64,000 bases of DNA from Bordetella parapertussis (lineage in GTDB: Bacteria > Pseudomonadota > Gammaproteobacteria > Burkholderiales > SG8-39), in contig CAMDDU010000001.1 in the NCBI GenBank assembly GCA_945892985.1, forward strand, positions 75,960 through 139,959. Direction: 5' to 3'. The translations under genes were made by a program, and so were the position numbers. Below the pieces are notes generated by a model that was not told the DNA's origin, did no database searches, and saw only the letters and a list, made by a program, of their open reading frames with translations. The stretch's first letter is position 1. Each line of letters opens with the position of its first letter. This document shows positions 16,196-24,723 of this stretch, piece after piece.

Positions 16196-17832
16196 TGTTC
16201 GCCCCACTGCAGCACACCGGTTACGCCGACAGCTTCGCGCGCGACCATCTGCCACCGCGCGAACAGTGGCCGGAAATGATTTTCGAGTTGCCGGAATTAA
16301 TCTATCCGGACCGCCTCAATTGCGCCGCGGCGTTTGTCGACACGCACGTCGCGAGCGGACACGGCTCCGCAACCGCATTGATCGGTGCCGAGGAACGGCT
16401 GGACTACGCCGCCTTGCAGGCACGCGCCAATCGCATCGCCAGGGTGTTGACCGAGGACCTCAAGCTTCCCAGCGGCAGCCGGGTGCTGCTGCGCAGCGGC
16501 AATAAGCCCTTCCTCGCGGCAAGCTGGCTGGGCGTTATCAAGGCCGGCTGCATCGCTGTGACGACCATGCCGCTACTGCGCGAGCGCGAGCTTTCGACCA
16601 TTGTGCGCAAGGCAAACATCGCCGCAGCTATTTGTGATCACGCGCTGGCGGCGGAAATGGATCTCACCCGCTCGGCCAGCCCCGGATTGCGCAGCGTGCT
16701 GTACTTCAGCGCTCCCGCCGGACACCCTGACCGGATCGAGCCGCTTATGGAGCGCAAGGCGGCGACCTTTACCAACGTCGATAGCGCCGCCGACGACGTG
16801 GCGATGATCGCCTTCACCTCCGGCACCACAGGCGTACCCAAGGGAACCATGCATTTCCATCGCGACGTCCTGGCTATTTGCGACGTGTTGTCGCACCAGA
16901 TCATCGCGCCGCACCCGACCGATGTGTTCATCGGCACCCCGCCGCTCGCCTTCACCTTCGGCCTTGGCGGCCTGTTTTTATTCCCCTTACGCGCAGGTGC
17001 CGCCAGCGTGCTGATCGAGCAATGGACGCCGGAAAGCCTGCTGCAGGGCATTGCGCGTTTCAAGACCAGCGTCTGCTTTACTGCGCCGACCTTCTATCGC
17101 AAGATGGCGCCGCTCGCCAAAAACCACGACCTGCGCTCCCTGCGCATTGCCGTTTCTTCGGGCGAAATGCTGCCCGCGGACACGCGCACCGCCTGGCGCG
17201 AGGCCAGCGGCATTGAAATGACCGAGTGCCTGGGATCGACCGAACTGCTGCACGCCTTCATCGCCTGCAAACCCGGCGACATCCGCCCCGGCGCCACCGG
17301 CCGCGTCGTGCCCGGCTACCGCGCCTGCGTTCTTGGCGAGGACGGCCAGCCCCTGCCGCCGGGAACCATCGGCCGTCTTGCCATTAAAGGTCCTACCGGG
17401 TGCCGCTACCTTGACGACGCACGCCAGCTCAGCTACGTGCAAAACGGCTGGAACCTGACCGGTGACGCCTACCTCATGGACGAAGACGGTTACTACTGGT
17501 ACCAGTCGCGCACCGACGACATGATCATCAGCGCCGGCTACAACATTGCCGGGCCCGAGGTCGAGGACATACTGTTGACCCATCCTGCGGTGGCCGAGTG
17601 CGGCGTCGTCGGCGTGCCAGATGCTGCACGCGGACAAATCGTCAAGGCCTATGTTGTTCTGCGGCCCGGCCACAAGCCTGACGAAGCCACAACGCTTGTC
17701 CTGCAGGCATTGGTAAAAAATACCATCGCCCCCTATAAATATCCGCGTGCTGTAGAGTTCGTCGCAGCACTGCCGCGTACCGAGAATGGAAAAATCCAGC
17801 GCTACAAGCTGCGGCGCGGCGAACTCGCCTGA
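16195..17832 (+). CDS. AMP-forming aryl-CoA ligase, 2-aminobenzoate/benzoate-CoA ligase-like
   Basis: About 545 aa. The N-terminus ADSFARDHLPPREQWPEMIFELPELIYPDRLNCA resembles aminobenzoate-CoA ligases. The AMP motif is AFTSGTTGVPKG. It has a C-terminal GKIQRYKLR. There is a TGATG overlap with the OYE gene. Confidence 0.85.
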   Translation: MFAPLQHTGYADSFARDHLPPREQWPEMIFELPELIYPDRLNCAAAFVDTHVASGHGSATALIGAEERLDYAALQARANRIARVLTEDLKLPSGSRVLLRSGNKPFLAASWLGVIKAGCIAVTTMPLLRERELSTIVRKANIAAAICDHALAAEMDLTRSASPGLRSVLYFSAPAGHPDRIEPLMERKAATFTNVDSAADDVAMIAFTSGTTGVPKGTMHFHRDVLAICDVLSHQIIAPHPTDVFIGTPPLAFTFGLGGLFLFPLRAGAASVLIEQWTPESLLQGIARFKTSVCFTAPTFYRKMAPLAKNHDLRSLRIAVSSGEMLPADTRTAWREASGIEMTECLGSTELLHAFIACKPGDIRPGATGRVVPGYRACVLGEDGQPLPPGTIGRLAIKGPTGCRYLDDARQLSYVQNGWNLTGDAYLMDEDGYYWYQSRTDDMIISAGYNIAGPEVEDILLTHPAVAECGVVGVPDAARGQIVKAYVVLRPGHKPDEATTLVLQALVKNTIAPYKYPRAVEFVAALPRTENGKIQRYKLRRGELA

Positions 17833-17852
17833 ATAACACGGAGAAAGACATC

Positions 17853-18593
17853 ATGAGCACCCCCAAGCAGATGGACCGCTACAACGCTCTGATGGACGTG
17901 GTACGTAACCGCATGACCACGCGCCAATTCGACTCCTCCTACGTTGTGCCGCGCGAACATTATGAGCTGATACTGGATGCGGCCCGCCACGGCCCTTCCG
18001 GCGCGAACGCCCAGCCTTGGCATTACATCGTGGTGAGCAAGCCAGAAACCAAAGAGGCGATTGCCGATTATTTCGTCGAAGAACAGCGGCTGCGCGCCAA
18101 ACTGAAGATGAAGTTCCCGACGCCCAACTACCGCGGCCTCGAAGACGCACCCGGATTCATCGTCGTCGCTTCGGACTTTCGCTGGACGCGCGCTTTTCCG
18201 GTGCTCATGGACGGGTCGGATCTGGACAAGCAATACCATGAGAATGCCGAGCGCATCCTGCTTCAGTCGGTCGCGGCATCAACCATGTCGGCCCATCTCG
18301 CGGCGGCCGCACTCGGTTACAACGTCTGGTGGGTCACGGCCATCGGCCAGGAATCGGCCCAGAACGCGCTTAAACCGCTGCTTGGCATTCCGGACGATCT
18401 GGCGGTAATAGACATCTTTCTGTTCGGGCCGCCGGCCAAACCACCGTACAAGCGCTGGAAAAAAACCCTGCCACAAATCATGAATTGGGACAGATTCAAC
18501 ATGGACAACTACATGTCCGTGGAACAGATCGATGAATGGGTGCGCGAAAAACGTCACCATGTGATGTACAAGGACGAGAGCAAGATCGACTGA
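17853..18593 (+). CDS. Nitroreductase-fold flavoprotein
   Basis: 246 aa. RMTTRQFD and AARHGPSGANAQPWHYIVV are typical of the nitroreductase family. It starts 20 nt after the ligase stop. Confidence 0.8.
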   Translation: MSTPKQMDRYNALMDVVRNRMTTRQFDSSYVVPREHYELILDAARHGPSGANAQPWHYIVVSKPETKEAIADYFVEEQRLRAKLKMKFPTPNYRGLEDAPGFIVVASDFRWTRAFPVLMDGSDLDKQYHENAERILLQSVAASTMSAHLAAAALGYNVWWVTAIGQESAQNALKPLLGIPDDLAVIDIFLFGPPAKPPYKRWKKTLPQIMNWDRFNMDNYMSVEQIDEWVREKRHHVMYKDESKID

Positions 18594-18721
18594 GGCCCCC
18601 TTGCGGACGCCAAACCGGGGTTGGGGCAAGGCTGGAAGCCGCCGTCGAATAACCCCACGAAATATACGGCCTAATTTAATTTTTTAACCGTTTGGTTAAA
18701 ACCGGCGCCTATGGCAGGCGC

Positions 18722-18750
18722 TGGAAAGAGGCAGTTTATTCGGCTATAAT
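18722..18750 (+). promoter_or_regulatory. Candidate sigma70 promoter of fdxA (TGGAAA-N17-TATAAT)
   Basis: A perfect TATAAT at 18745..18750 with a weak -35 (TGGAAA) 17 nt upstream, in an AT-rich intergenic region 70 nt before the fdxA ATG. Confidence 0.4.
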
Positions 18751-18772
18751 CCAAGCAAATTACGACCTAGCA

Positions 18773-18798
18773 CGCAGTTAAGCAAACACTTAACTGCG
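18773..18798 (+). promoter_or_regulatory. Perfect 10-nt-arm inverted repeat in the fdxA leader (CGCAGTTAAG-caaaca-CTTAACTGCG)
   Basis: Read directly from the sequence. It lies between the putative -10 box and the fdxA start codon (18820). It could be an operator or an RNA hairpin. Confidence 0.5.
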
Positions 18799-18819
18799 CC
18801 GTTTTAGCCAGAGGATGCC

Positions 18820-19143
18820 ATGACCCACGTTGTTACCGAAAGCTGCATCAAGTGCAAGCACACCGACTGCGTAGATGTCTGCCCAGTTGATTGTTTCAAG
18901 GAAGGCCCGAACTTCCTCGTCATTGATCCTGACGAGTGCATCGACTGTGCCGTCTGTATTCCCGAATGTCCCGTGAACGCCATTTTTGCCGAAGAAGATC
19001 TGCCGGCCGGCCAGGAAAAATTCACCGCACTGAACGCTGATCTGGCCAAGATCTGGCCGCTGATTACCGACACCAAGCCCGCGCTACCGGACGCTGAAAA
19101 ATGGGCCGATGTGACGGACAAGCTGCAATACCTCGAAAAGTAA
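18820..19143 (+). CDS. fdxA: 7Fe ferredoxin ([3Fe-4S][4Fe-4S], Azotobacter FdI type)
   Basis: 107 aa. [26 protein letters not shown]...[16 protein letters not shown] is the canonical FdxA pattern. Confidence 0.93.
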   Translation: MTHVVTESCIKCKHTDCVDVCPVDCFKEGPNFLVIDPDECIDCAVCIPECPVNAIFAEEDLPAGQEKFTALNADLAKIWPLITDTKPALPDAEKWADVTDKLQYLEK

Positions 19144-19239
19144 CACCGCCCCGGTCCCGGACAACCGGGAAGTACCCGGTAGCGCAATTTTTCTAGACTC
19201 CCGCCTGTTGCGCGGCTGCCCCGCAGCGGGAGTGACAGG

Positions 19240-22200
19240 ATGCCATCCATGCCCACACTCTCGCTGGCCCACGGCCTCGCCTTTTCCGATTTGTATTGCC
19301 GCGACGGTCTGTCGCGCATCGATGCCGCGTTTCTCTCCTGGCTTGGCGACGCGGATCCCGAACTCGTCGCCCGCCTATCCGCCGCGCGCGCAGAGCCCGA
19401 TGCCCTCGCCAAAAAGGACGAGTCGGCCCTGATTCTCGCTGCAGGGCCGCACCTTGATGACTTTGTCGCAGACTTGTTCGGCATAGCCGGCGAAGTAAGG
19501 GCGCTTTCCGCACGGCATCATGTTCTAGCGCCCATCTACACAATCAAACGCCAGTTCGTGCAACGCAAAGCGCTTGCGAAATACAAAGCCGAGGCCGCTG
19601 CAGGATTTGACGGCGCAGCACTGGAGGCGACGCTGACAAACCGCTTTGGCCACGCGTTCAGCGAGCTGGCCTACGCCGAGGCAATCGAAACCTGGCTAAA
19701 GGACGAGCCCACCAACGAAGAGTCCATAGATCTCGCCCTGCGTTACGCCGCTTGGGCCTTGCTCACCCCGGCCGGTCGCGAGCGCAACCAGGCTGGTGTG
19801 CTGTTCAAGACGGCAGCCAAGCTCGATCCGCAAAACCTTCTGCCGCACGCGCAAAAGCATGAAACGAACGGGTTGACCACGTTCACCATCAAGCCCGAAC
19901 ACATCCGCCGGCGCGAAGGATTCGCACTCACCGACAAGGGCAGCGATCTCACCGGCGCCTTATCGGAGGCCAACTATTGCATCTGGTGCCACACTCAGGG
20001 CAAGGATTCCTGCTCCACCGGTCTGAAAGAAAAGGCCGGGCCCGACGGCAAAGCTGCATTCAAGAAAAATTCCTTCGGCACCACGCTCGCGGGCTGTCCG
20101 CTGGAGGAAAAGATTTCCGAATTCCACACGCTCAAGGTGGCCGGACACGCGTTGTCGGCGCTGGCCGTCATCACCGTCGACAACCCGCTAGCCGCAGCGA
20201 CGGGGCACCGCATCTGCAACGACTGCATGAAATCCTGCATCTACCAGAAACAGGAACCTGTCAATATTCCCCAGGTCGAAACACGCACGCTCAAGGATGT
20301 GCTGGAACTGCCCTGGGGCTTTGAGATCTATTCGCTGCTGACGCGCTGGAACCCGCTCAATATCCGCCGCCCGTTGCCGCGCGCCAGCACCGGCTACCGC
20401 GTACTGGTCGCAGGCATGGGGCCGGCCGGCTTCGCGCTCTCGCACCACCTTATGAACGACGGCCACGCGGTGGTGGGCATAGACGGCCTCAAGATAGAAC
20501 CGCTGCCGCCGCATTTGTCGGGCGTCAACGCAGACGGAAGCCGCGCCCGCTTCGATCCGGTGCATGACGTCAACATACTCTACGAAGCCCTGGGCGAAAG
20601 AACCATGGCCGGCTTCGGTGGCGTGGCGGAATACGGCATTACAGTGCGCTGGGACAAGAATTTTCTCAAGGTCATCCGCCTGCTGCTCGAAAGACGCGCC
20701 GAGTTTGCCTTGTTTGGCGGCGTGCGCTTCGGCGGCACGCTCACTTCGGATGACGCCTTTGGCATGGGCTTCGACCACATCGCGCTGGCTATGGGCGCCG
20801 GCAAGCCGACAGTACTGGATATCCCCAACGGCCTTGCCCGCGGCGTGCGCACCGCCTCAGACTTCCTGATGGCACTGCAACTGACCGGTGCGGCCAAGCC
20901 CGACTCCATCGCCAACATGCAAGTGCGCCTGCCCGTTGTCGTCATCGGTGGCGGCCTTACCGCCATCGACACCGCAACCGAATCACTCGCCTATTACCCC
21001 ATACAGACGGAAAAATTCCTGCAGCGCTATGAAGTGCTGGCCAGGGAAAAGGGCGAAGACGCAGTGCGCGCATCCTGGAGCCCGGAAGAGCGCGAGATCG
21101 CCGAGGAATTCCTCGCCCACGCCCGTGCCATCCGCAAGGAGCGCGCCACCGCTGCGACCCAAAATCGCGAGCCTCACATCATTGAATTGCTCCGCTCCTG
21201 GGGCGGCGCAACCATAGCCTACCGCCGCCGCCTGCTCGACAGCCCCTCTTACACGCTCAATCACGAAGAGGTGGAAAAAGCGCTGGAAGAAGGCATCAGC
21301 TTCGCCGAGGCCCTTACGCCGCTGTCGGTCGACGTAGATGATTATGCCGCGGCGCGCGGCATCAACTTCACCCGCCAGGCCATGGGCGAGGATGGCAAGT
21401 GGGTCAGCACAGGTGAGCTTCACCTGCCGGCCAGTACGATTTTTGTTGCCGCAGGCACCTCGCCCAACACCGTGCTGGCGCGCGAGCACCCGCAACACTT
21501 TGGCACTGACGGCAAGTACTTCCAGGCCTGCGACGAAAACGGCCTGCCGCTCAAGCCGCAGTTCTCCATATCCAAACCGGAAAAAATAGACGTGCTGCTG
21601 TCGCGCGTGGCGGACGGCCGCTTTGTTTCCTTTTTCGGTGACCTGCATCCCTCGTACTTCGGCAACGTCGTCAAAGCCATGGGCAGTGCAAAACAAGGCT
21701 ACCCGGTGGTGACCCATGTGCTGGGCAAGCACCCCCCGGCCAGCAAAGCGGACAACGCCGCTTTCTTTGCCGCGCTGGCGGGCGACCTGCTCGCAACGGT
21801 CGAGCGCGTCGAGCGCCTCACGCCAACGATTGTTGAAATCGTGCTCAAGGCGCCGCTCGCAGCGCGAAAATTCCGTCCCGGCCAGTTTTACCGCCTGCAG
21901 AACTTTGAGACCCTGTCCCCGGTAAGCCACGGTACGCGGCTGCAAATGGAAGGACTTGCGCTCACTGGCGCATGGACCGATCCTGCCAAGGGTCTGGTGT
22001 CGACCATCGTTCTGGAAATGGGAGGATCCGCCGATTTGTGCGCCATGTTAAAGCCAGGCGAACCAGTCGTATTGATGGGCCCGACCGGAACACCAACCCA
22101 TATCGCACCCAATGAAACGGTGATCCTCGTCGGCGGCGGCCTTGGCAATGCCGTGCTGTTCTCCATCGGACAGGCTTTCCGCACCCAGGGATCGAAGGTA

Positions 22201-22767
22201 CTTTATTTTGCCGGCTACAAGAAAGTTATAGACCGCTACAAGGTCAGGGACATCGAGGCTGCAGCAGACGTCATTGTCTGGTGTTGCGACGAACAGCCCG
22301 GGTTCACGCCGGGGCGCCCCCAAGACCGGTCTTTTGTCGGCAACATCGTCCAGGCCATGGATGCGTATGCCTCCGGACGACTTGGAAGCCCCGAGATCGC
22401 CATGACCGAGGCCGACCGCCTCATCGCCATCGGCTCCGATCGCATGATGTCAGCCGTTGCCCGCGCCCGGCACGAGGTGTTGAAGCCGCACCTCAAGCCG
22501 CATCATTTCGCCATCGGTTCAATCAACTCGCCAATGCAGTGCATGATGAAAGAAATCTGCGCGCAATGCCTGCAACCGCAGCGCGATCCGCATACCGGCA
22601 AGATCAGCTATGTCTTCTCCTGCTTCAACCAGGATCAGGACCTCGACTGCGTCGACTTTGCCGGATTATCCGAACGCTTGACGCAGAATTCAATGCAGGA
22701 AAAGCTGACCAAGCAATGGCTCGCCTACTGCATGCCTGATTTGAAAAAGCAGCGCAGCCTGGTCTGA
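19240..22767 (+). CDS. Large multidomain oxidoreductase: unknown N-terminal domain (about 230 aa), Cys-rich Fe-S segment, GltD/NfnB-like FAD/NAD(P) domain, and C-terminal PyrK/NfnA-like ferredoxin-reductase module
   Basis: 1175 aa. Cys motifs are CIWCHTQGKDSC and CNDCMKSC. The dinucleotide fold is RVLVAGMGPAGFALSHHL. YGITVRWDK and MGAGKPTVLDIPNG are GltD-like. The C-terminal part (FRPGQFYRLQNFE, VILVGGGLGNAVLFSIG, final CMMKEICAQC) is PyrK-like. Confidence 0.8.
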   Translation: MPSMPTLSLAHGLAFSDLYCRDGLSRIDAAFLSWLGDADPELVARLSAARAEPDALAKKDESALILAAGPHLDDFVADLFGIAGEVRALSARHHVLAPIYTIKRQFVQRKALAKYKAEAAAGFDGAALEATLTNRFGHAFSELAYAEAIETWLKDEPTNEESIDLALRYAAWALLTPAGRERNQAGVLFKTAAKLDPQNLLPHAQKHETNGLTTFTIKPEHIRRREGFALTDKGSDLTGALSEANYCIWCHTQGKDSCSTGLKEKAGPDGKAAFKKNSFGTTLAGCPLEEKISEFHTLKVAGHALSALAVITVDNPLAAATGHRICNDCMKSCIYQKQEPVNIPQVETRTLKDVLELPWGFEIYSLLTRWNPLNIRRPLPRASTGYRVLVAGMGPAGFALSHHLMNDGHAVVGIDGLKIEPLPPHLSGVNADGSRARFDPVHDVNILYEALGERTMAGFGGVAEYGITVRWDKNFLKVIRLLLERRAEFALFGGVRFGGTLTSDDAFGMGFDHIALAMGAGKPTVLDIPNGLARGVRTASDFLMALQLTGAAKPDSIANMQVRLPVVVIGGGLTAIDTATESLAYYPIQTEKFLQRYEVLAREKGEDAVRASWSPEEREIAEEFLAHARAIRKERATAATQNREPHIIELLRSWGGATIAYRRRLLDSPSYTLNHEEVEKALEEGISFAEALTPLSVDVDDYAAARGINFTRQAMGEDGKWVSTGELHLPASTIFVAAGTSPNTVLAREHPQHFGTDGKYFQACDENGLPLKPQFSISKPEKIDVLLSRVADGRFVSFFGDLHPSYFGNVVKAMGSAKQGYPVVTHVLGKHPPASKADNAAFFAALAGDLLATVERVERLTPTIVEIVLKAPLAARKFRPGQFYRLQNFETLSPVSHGTRLQMEGLALTGAWTDPAKGLVSTIVLEMGGSADLCAMLKPGEPVVLMGPTGTPTHIAPNETVILVGGGLGNAVLFSIGQAFRTQGSKVLYFAGYKKVIDRYKVRDIEAAADVIVWCCDEQPGFTPGRPQDRSFVGNIVQAMDAYASGRLGSPEIAMTEADRLIAIGSDRMMSAVARARHEVLKPHLKPHHFAIGSINSPMQCMMKEICAQCLQPQRDPHTGKISYVFSCFNQDQDLDCVDFAGLSERLTQNSMQEKLTKQWLAYCMPDLKKQRSLV

Positions 22768-22968
22768 TTAAAAGCGCATCTTCCGGCGTCGCGATGCGAA
22801 AGCCGCCTTCGGCTAGACGCCAAGCAAGCACTGATCAAGTCCTGCAAGTAAGAGTCCCCTGACAAGCTTCCCGCTGACGCGGGGGATATACGGGGTGCTT
22901 GCCCCCTTTTCAGTGAATCCCGATTATTTCCCGGCCGAAAACACAGCCCGCGAGGTACATAGGCGGCG

Positions 22969-23643
22969 TCAGTCCTTGTGCTTGCGCAGATGATTGAGCA
23001 CGACCTCTGTGATATGGGCAAGGTGATCCGCTTGCGCGACCGGCGACATCAGATCGCGTCCCAGCACGGTCGAAAGGGTGTAGCGATTGGACAGATAAAA
23101 GTAGCCCAGAGCCGCGATCATGATATAGATCTGGCTTGGATCCAGGCCGCTCCGAAAGACCCCGCATTCCTGTCCGCGCACCAGCAGCGCCCGCAGCATG
23201 CCCAGCGCAGGAGATACCAGGTCGGTGAGGTGCTTTGACTTTTTCAGGAACTTCGCCTGATGCTGGTTCTCGGTGTTGAGCAGCCGGATGAATTCAGGAT
23301 GCGCGACGTAATAACTCCAGGTGAACTCCACCAGACGCGATATCCCGGGTATCGGCTCAAGGTGATCGAGCCTTAATTTGCTCTCCGCGCGCCAGAACCC
23401 CAGATAAGCCTCCTCGAGCACGGCAACGAACAGCTTGTCCTTGCTGTCAAAATAATAGTAGAGCATGCGCTCGTTGCTACGCGCCCTGGCCGCGATCTGA
23501 TCGACGCGCGCCCCGCCCAGCCCATTGCGCGCGAACTCGGTGGTGGCGGCGGCAAGGATGCGTGCCTTGGTGCGGTGCGGATCGCGCTTCACCTTGTCTG
23601 CTGCCACGGTCTTGCATGGAGCGGGTTGAGCCATTTTTTGCAA
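22969..23643 (-). CDS. TetR/AcrR family transcriptional regulator
   Basis: 224 aa. The HTH region is TKARILAAATTEFARNGLGGARVDQIAARARSNERMLYYYFDSKDKLF. Confidence 0.9.
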   Translation of the reverse strand: MQKMAQPAPCKTVAADKVKRDPHRTKARILAAATTEFARNGLGGARVDQIAARARSNERMLYYYFDSKDKLFVAVLEEAYLGFWRAESKLRLDHLEPIPGISRLVEFTWSYYVAHPEFIRLLNTENQHQAKFLKKSKHLTDLVSPALGMLRALLVRGQECGVFRSGLDPSQIYIMIAALGYFYLSNRYTLSTVLGRDLMSPVAQADHLAHITEVVLNHLRKHKD

Positions 23644-23761
23644 ATTTTTCTTTTCGGAAACGGACTCGGAAAATGCTGCCGATGCTGAGATTGTCGGACT
23701 GTCTGTGCATTAGTTCCAGCAGTTTAGCCGAGCATCACCTGCCGCATCGCCCGGCACTCCC

Positions 23762-24433
23762 CTAGCGGCTGCCTGCAATCTGCAAAAGCTGTGAGGCGAG
23801 ACCTGGATTGAGTTTTACGAGTCGCTCATGGATGGCAGCCAGTTCGGCGCGTCTGCCGGTGCGCGCATAGCTCACGCCCAGACCGTACCAAGCGTCGGCC
23901 ATACCCGCGTCAAGGCCGATCGCCTGCACGTAGCTCGGGGCTGCGCGTTCGTAAAGATTGATGTCCCGATAACTCTCGCCGAGCAGGAAAAAGCTCATTG
24001 CCGAATCAGACTTGATCAGCAACGCCTGCTCGATGGTGCGTATGGCACGCTCGGGTTCGTTGATGGTGCGATACGACTGTGCGAGCAGGTTCCAGGTGTA
24101 GATATCGTCCGGGCTCAGGCGTATAGCCGTCTGGTAGAAGGGAATCGCCTGCACGTGCTGGCCCATTTGCGTGTTGGCGAACCCGGCAATCAGCCACCAG
24201 TCGTGGCTATTGCCGTCACGCTGCAGCTTGCCCTGGGCCAGCTTGAGGATGCCCGGCCAGTCGTTTTTGGCCTCAAGCTCGGAAATACGCCGCACATTGG
24301 CATCGTCGGCGTGGCCGGACAGCTTGCTTGCCACGTTGACCCCGGTACTGATCAGCGACAAAGCGGTGCAAGCGCCCAGGGCAAGCATGACAATCAGGGC
24401 AGACGCGGCGCCGGCAAGCCGCGCCGCAAGCAA
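23762..24433 (-). CDS. TPR-repeat lipoprotein
   Basis: TPR-like repeats (AIPFYQTAIRLSPDD, AIRTIEQALLIKSD, AAPSYVQAIGLDAG, AWYGLGVSYARTG). With TTG 24433 the N-terminus LAARLAGAASALIVMLALGAC is a lipoprotein signal with a lipobox Cys. The start is ambiguous; the track ORF reaches 24568 but overlaps the DUF3460 gene. Confidence 0.6.
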   Translation of the reverse strand: MLAARLAGAASALIVMLALGACTALSLISTGVNVASKLSGHADDANVRRISELEAKNDWPGILKLAQGKLQRDGNSHDWWLIAGFANTQMGQHVQAIPFYQTAIRLSPDDIYTWNLLAQSYRTINEPERAIRTIEQALLIKSDSAMSFFLLGESYRDINLYERAAPSYVQAIGLDAGMADAWYGLGVSYARTGRRAELAAIHERLVKLNPGLASQLLQIAGSR

Positions 24434-24443
24434 GCGCGGCGCT

Positions 24444-24635
24444 TCAGACCTTGTTTTGATAGACGTAGGCCTGCTGCTTGACCTCGGATTCACTGTCGCG
24501 GCGCAAGGCATCAGGATCCGCCTTTTTGTCCCACCACATCGCGCGGCCCTTTTTTTGCTCTTCGACAATCTGCGGCTTTTTCGCCAACAGGTCGCGCATG
24601 AACAGGGTGATTTCGGATTCGTAATTACGATTCAT
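24444..24635 (-). CDS. DUF3460 family small protein
   Basis: 63 aa from MNRNYESEITLFMRDLLAKKPQIVEEQKKGRAMWWDKK. This matches my memory of the conserved betaproteobacterial DUF3460 pattern (YES.IT.F...L....P....EQ.KGRA.LWDK). Confidence 0.7.
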   Translation of the reverse strand: MNRNYESEITLFMRDLLAKKPQIVEEQKKGRAMWWDKKADPDALRRDSESEVKQQAYVYQNKV

Positions 24636-24723
24636 GGCGGTGCTTCCTGGGTTATGCAATGGACGCGTCGTGCAATGCGCTGATTATAGCGCGTCACACA
24701 GCTTCCACCCCATGCGCCGGGAC

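Noticed and set aside
20983-21945. 320-aa minus-strand ORF inside the 1175-aa oxidoreductase gene
   Set aside because: It is an antisense shadow ORF. The plus-strand frame carries the recognisable GltD-like and PyrK-like motifs across this region.
22768-22968. Possible structured RNA or terminator between the large oxidoreductase gene and tetR (nested stems GGCGTC...GACGCC with AGCCG-cctt-CGGCT; GGGG-tgcttg-CCCC followed by CTTTTC)
   Set aside because: The stems are short (4-6 bp) and the T-tract is weak. I cannot distinguish a real terminator or ncRNA from chance pairing in GC-rich DNA without folding energies or conservation.
23650-23672. Imperfect palindrome TTTTCGGAAAC-g-GACTCGGAAAA just upstream of the tetR start, as a possible TetR operator
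   Set aside because: Only 8 of 11 positions are symmetric. That is plausible but too weak to list as a feature.
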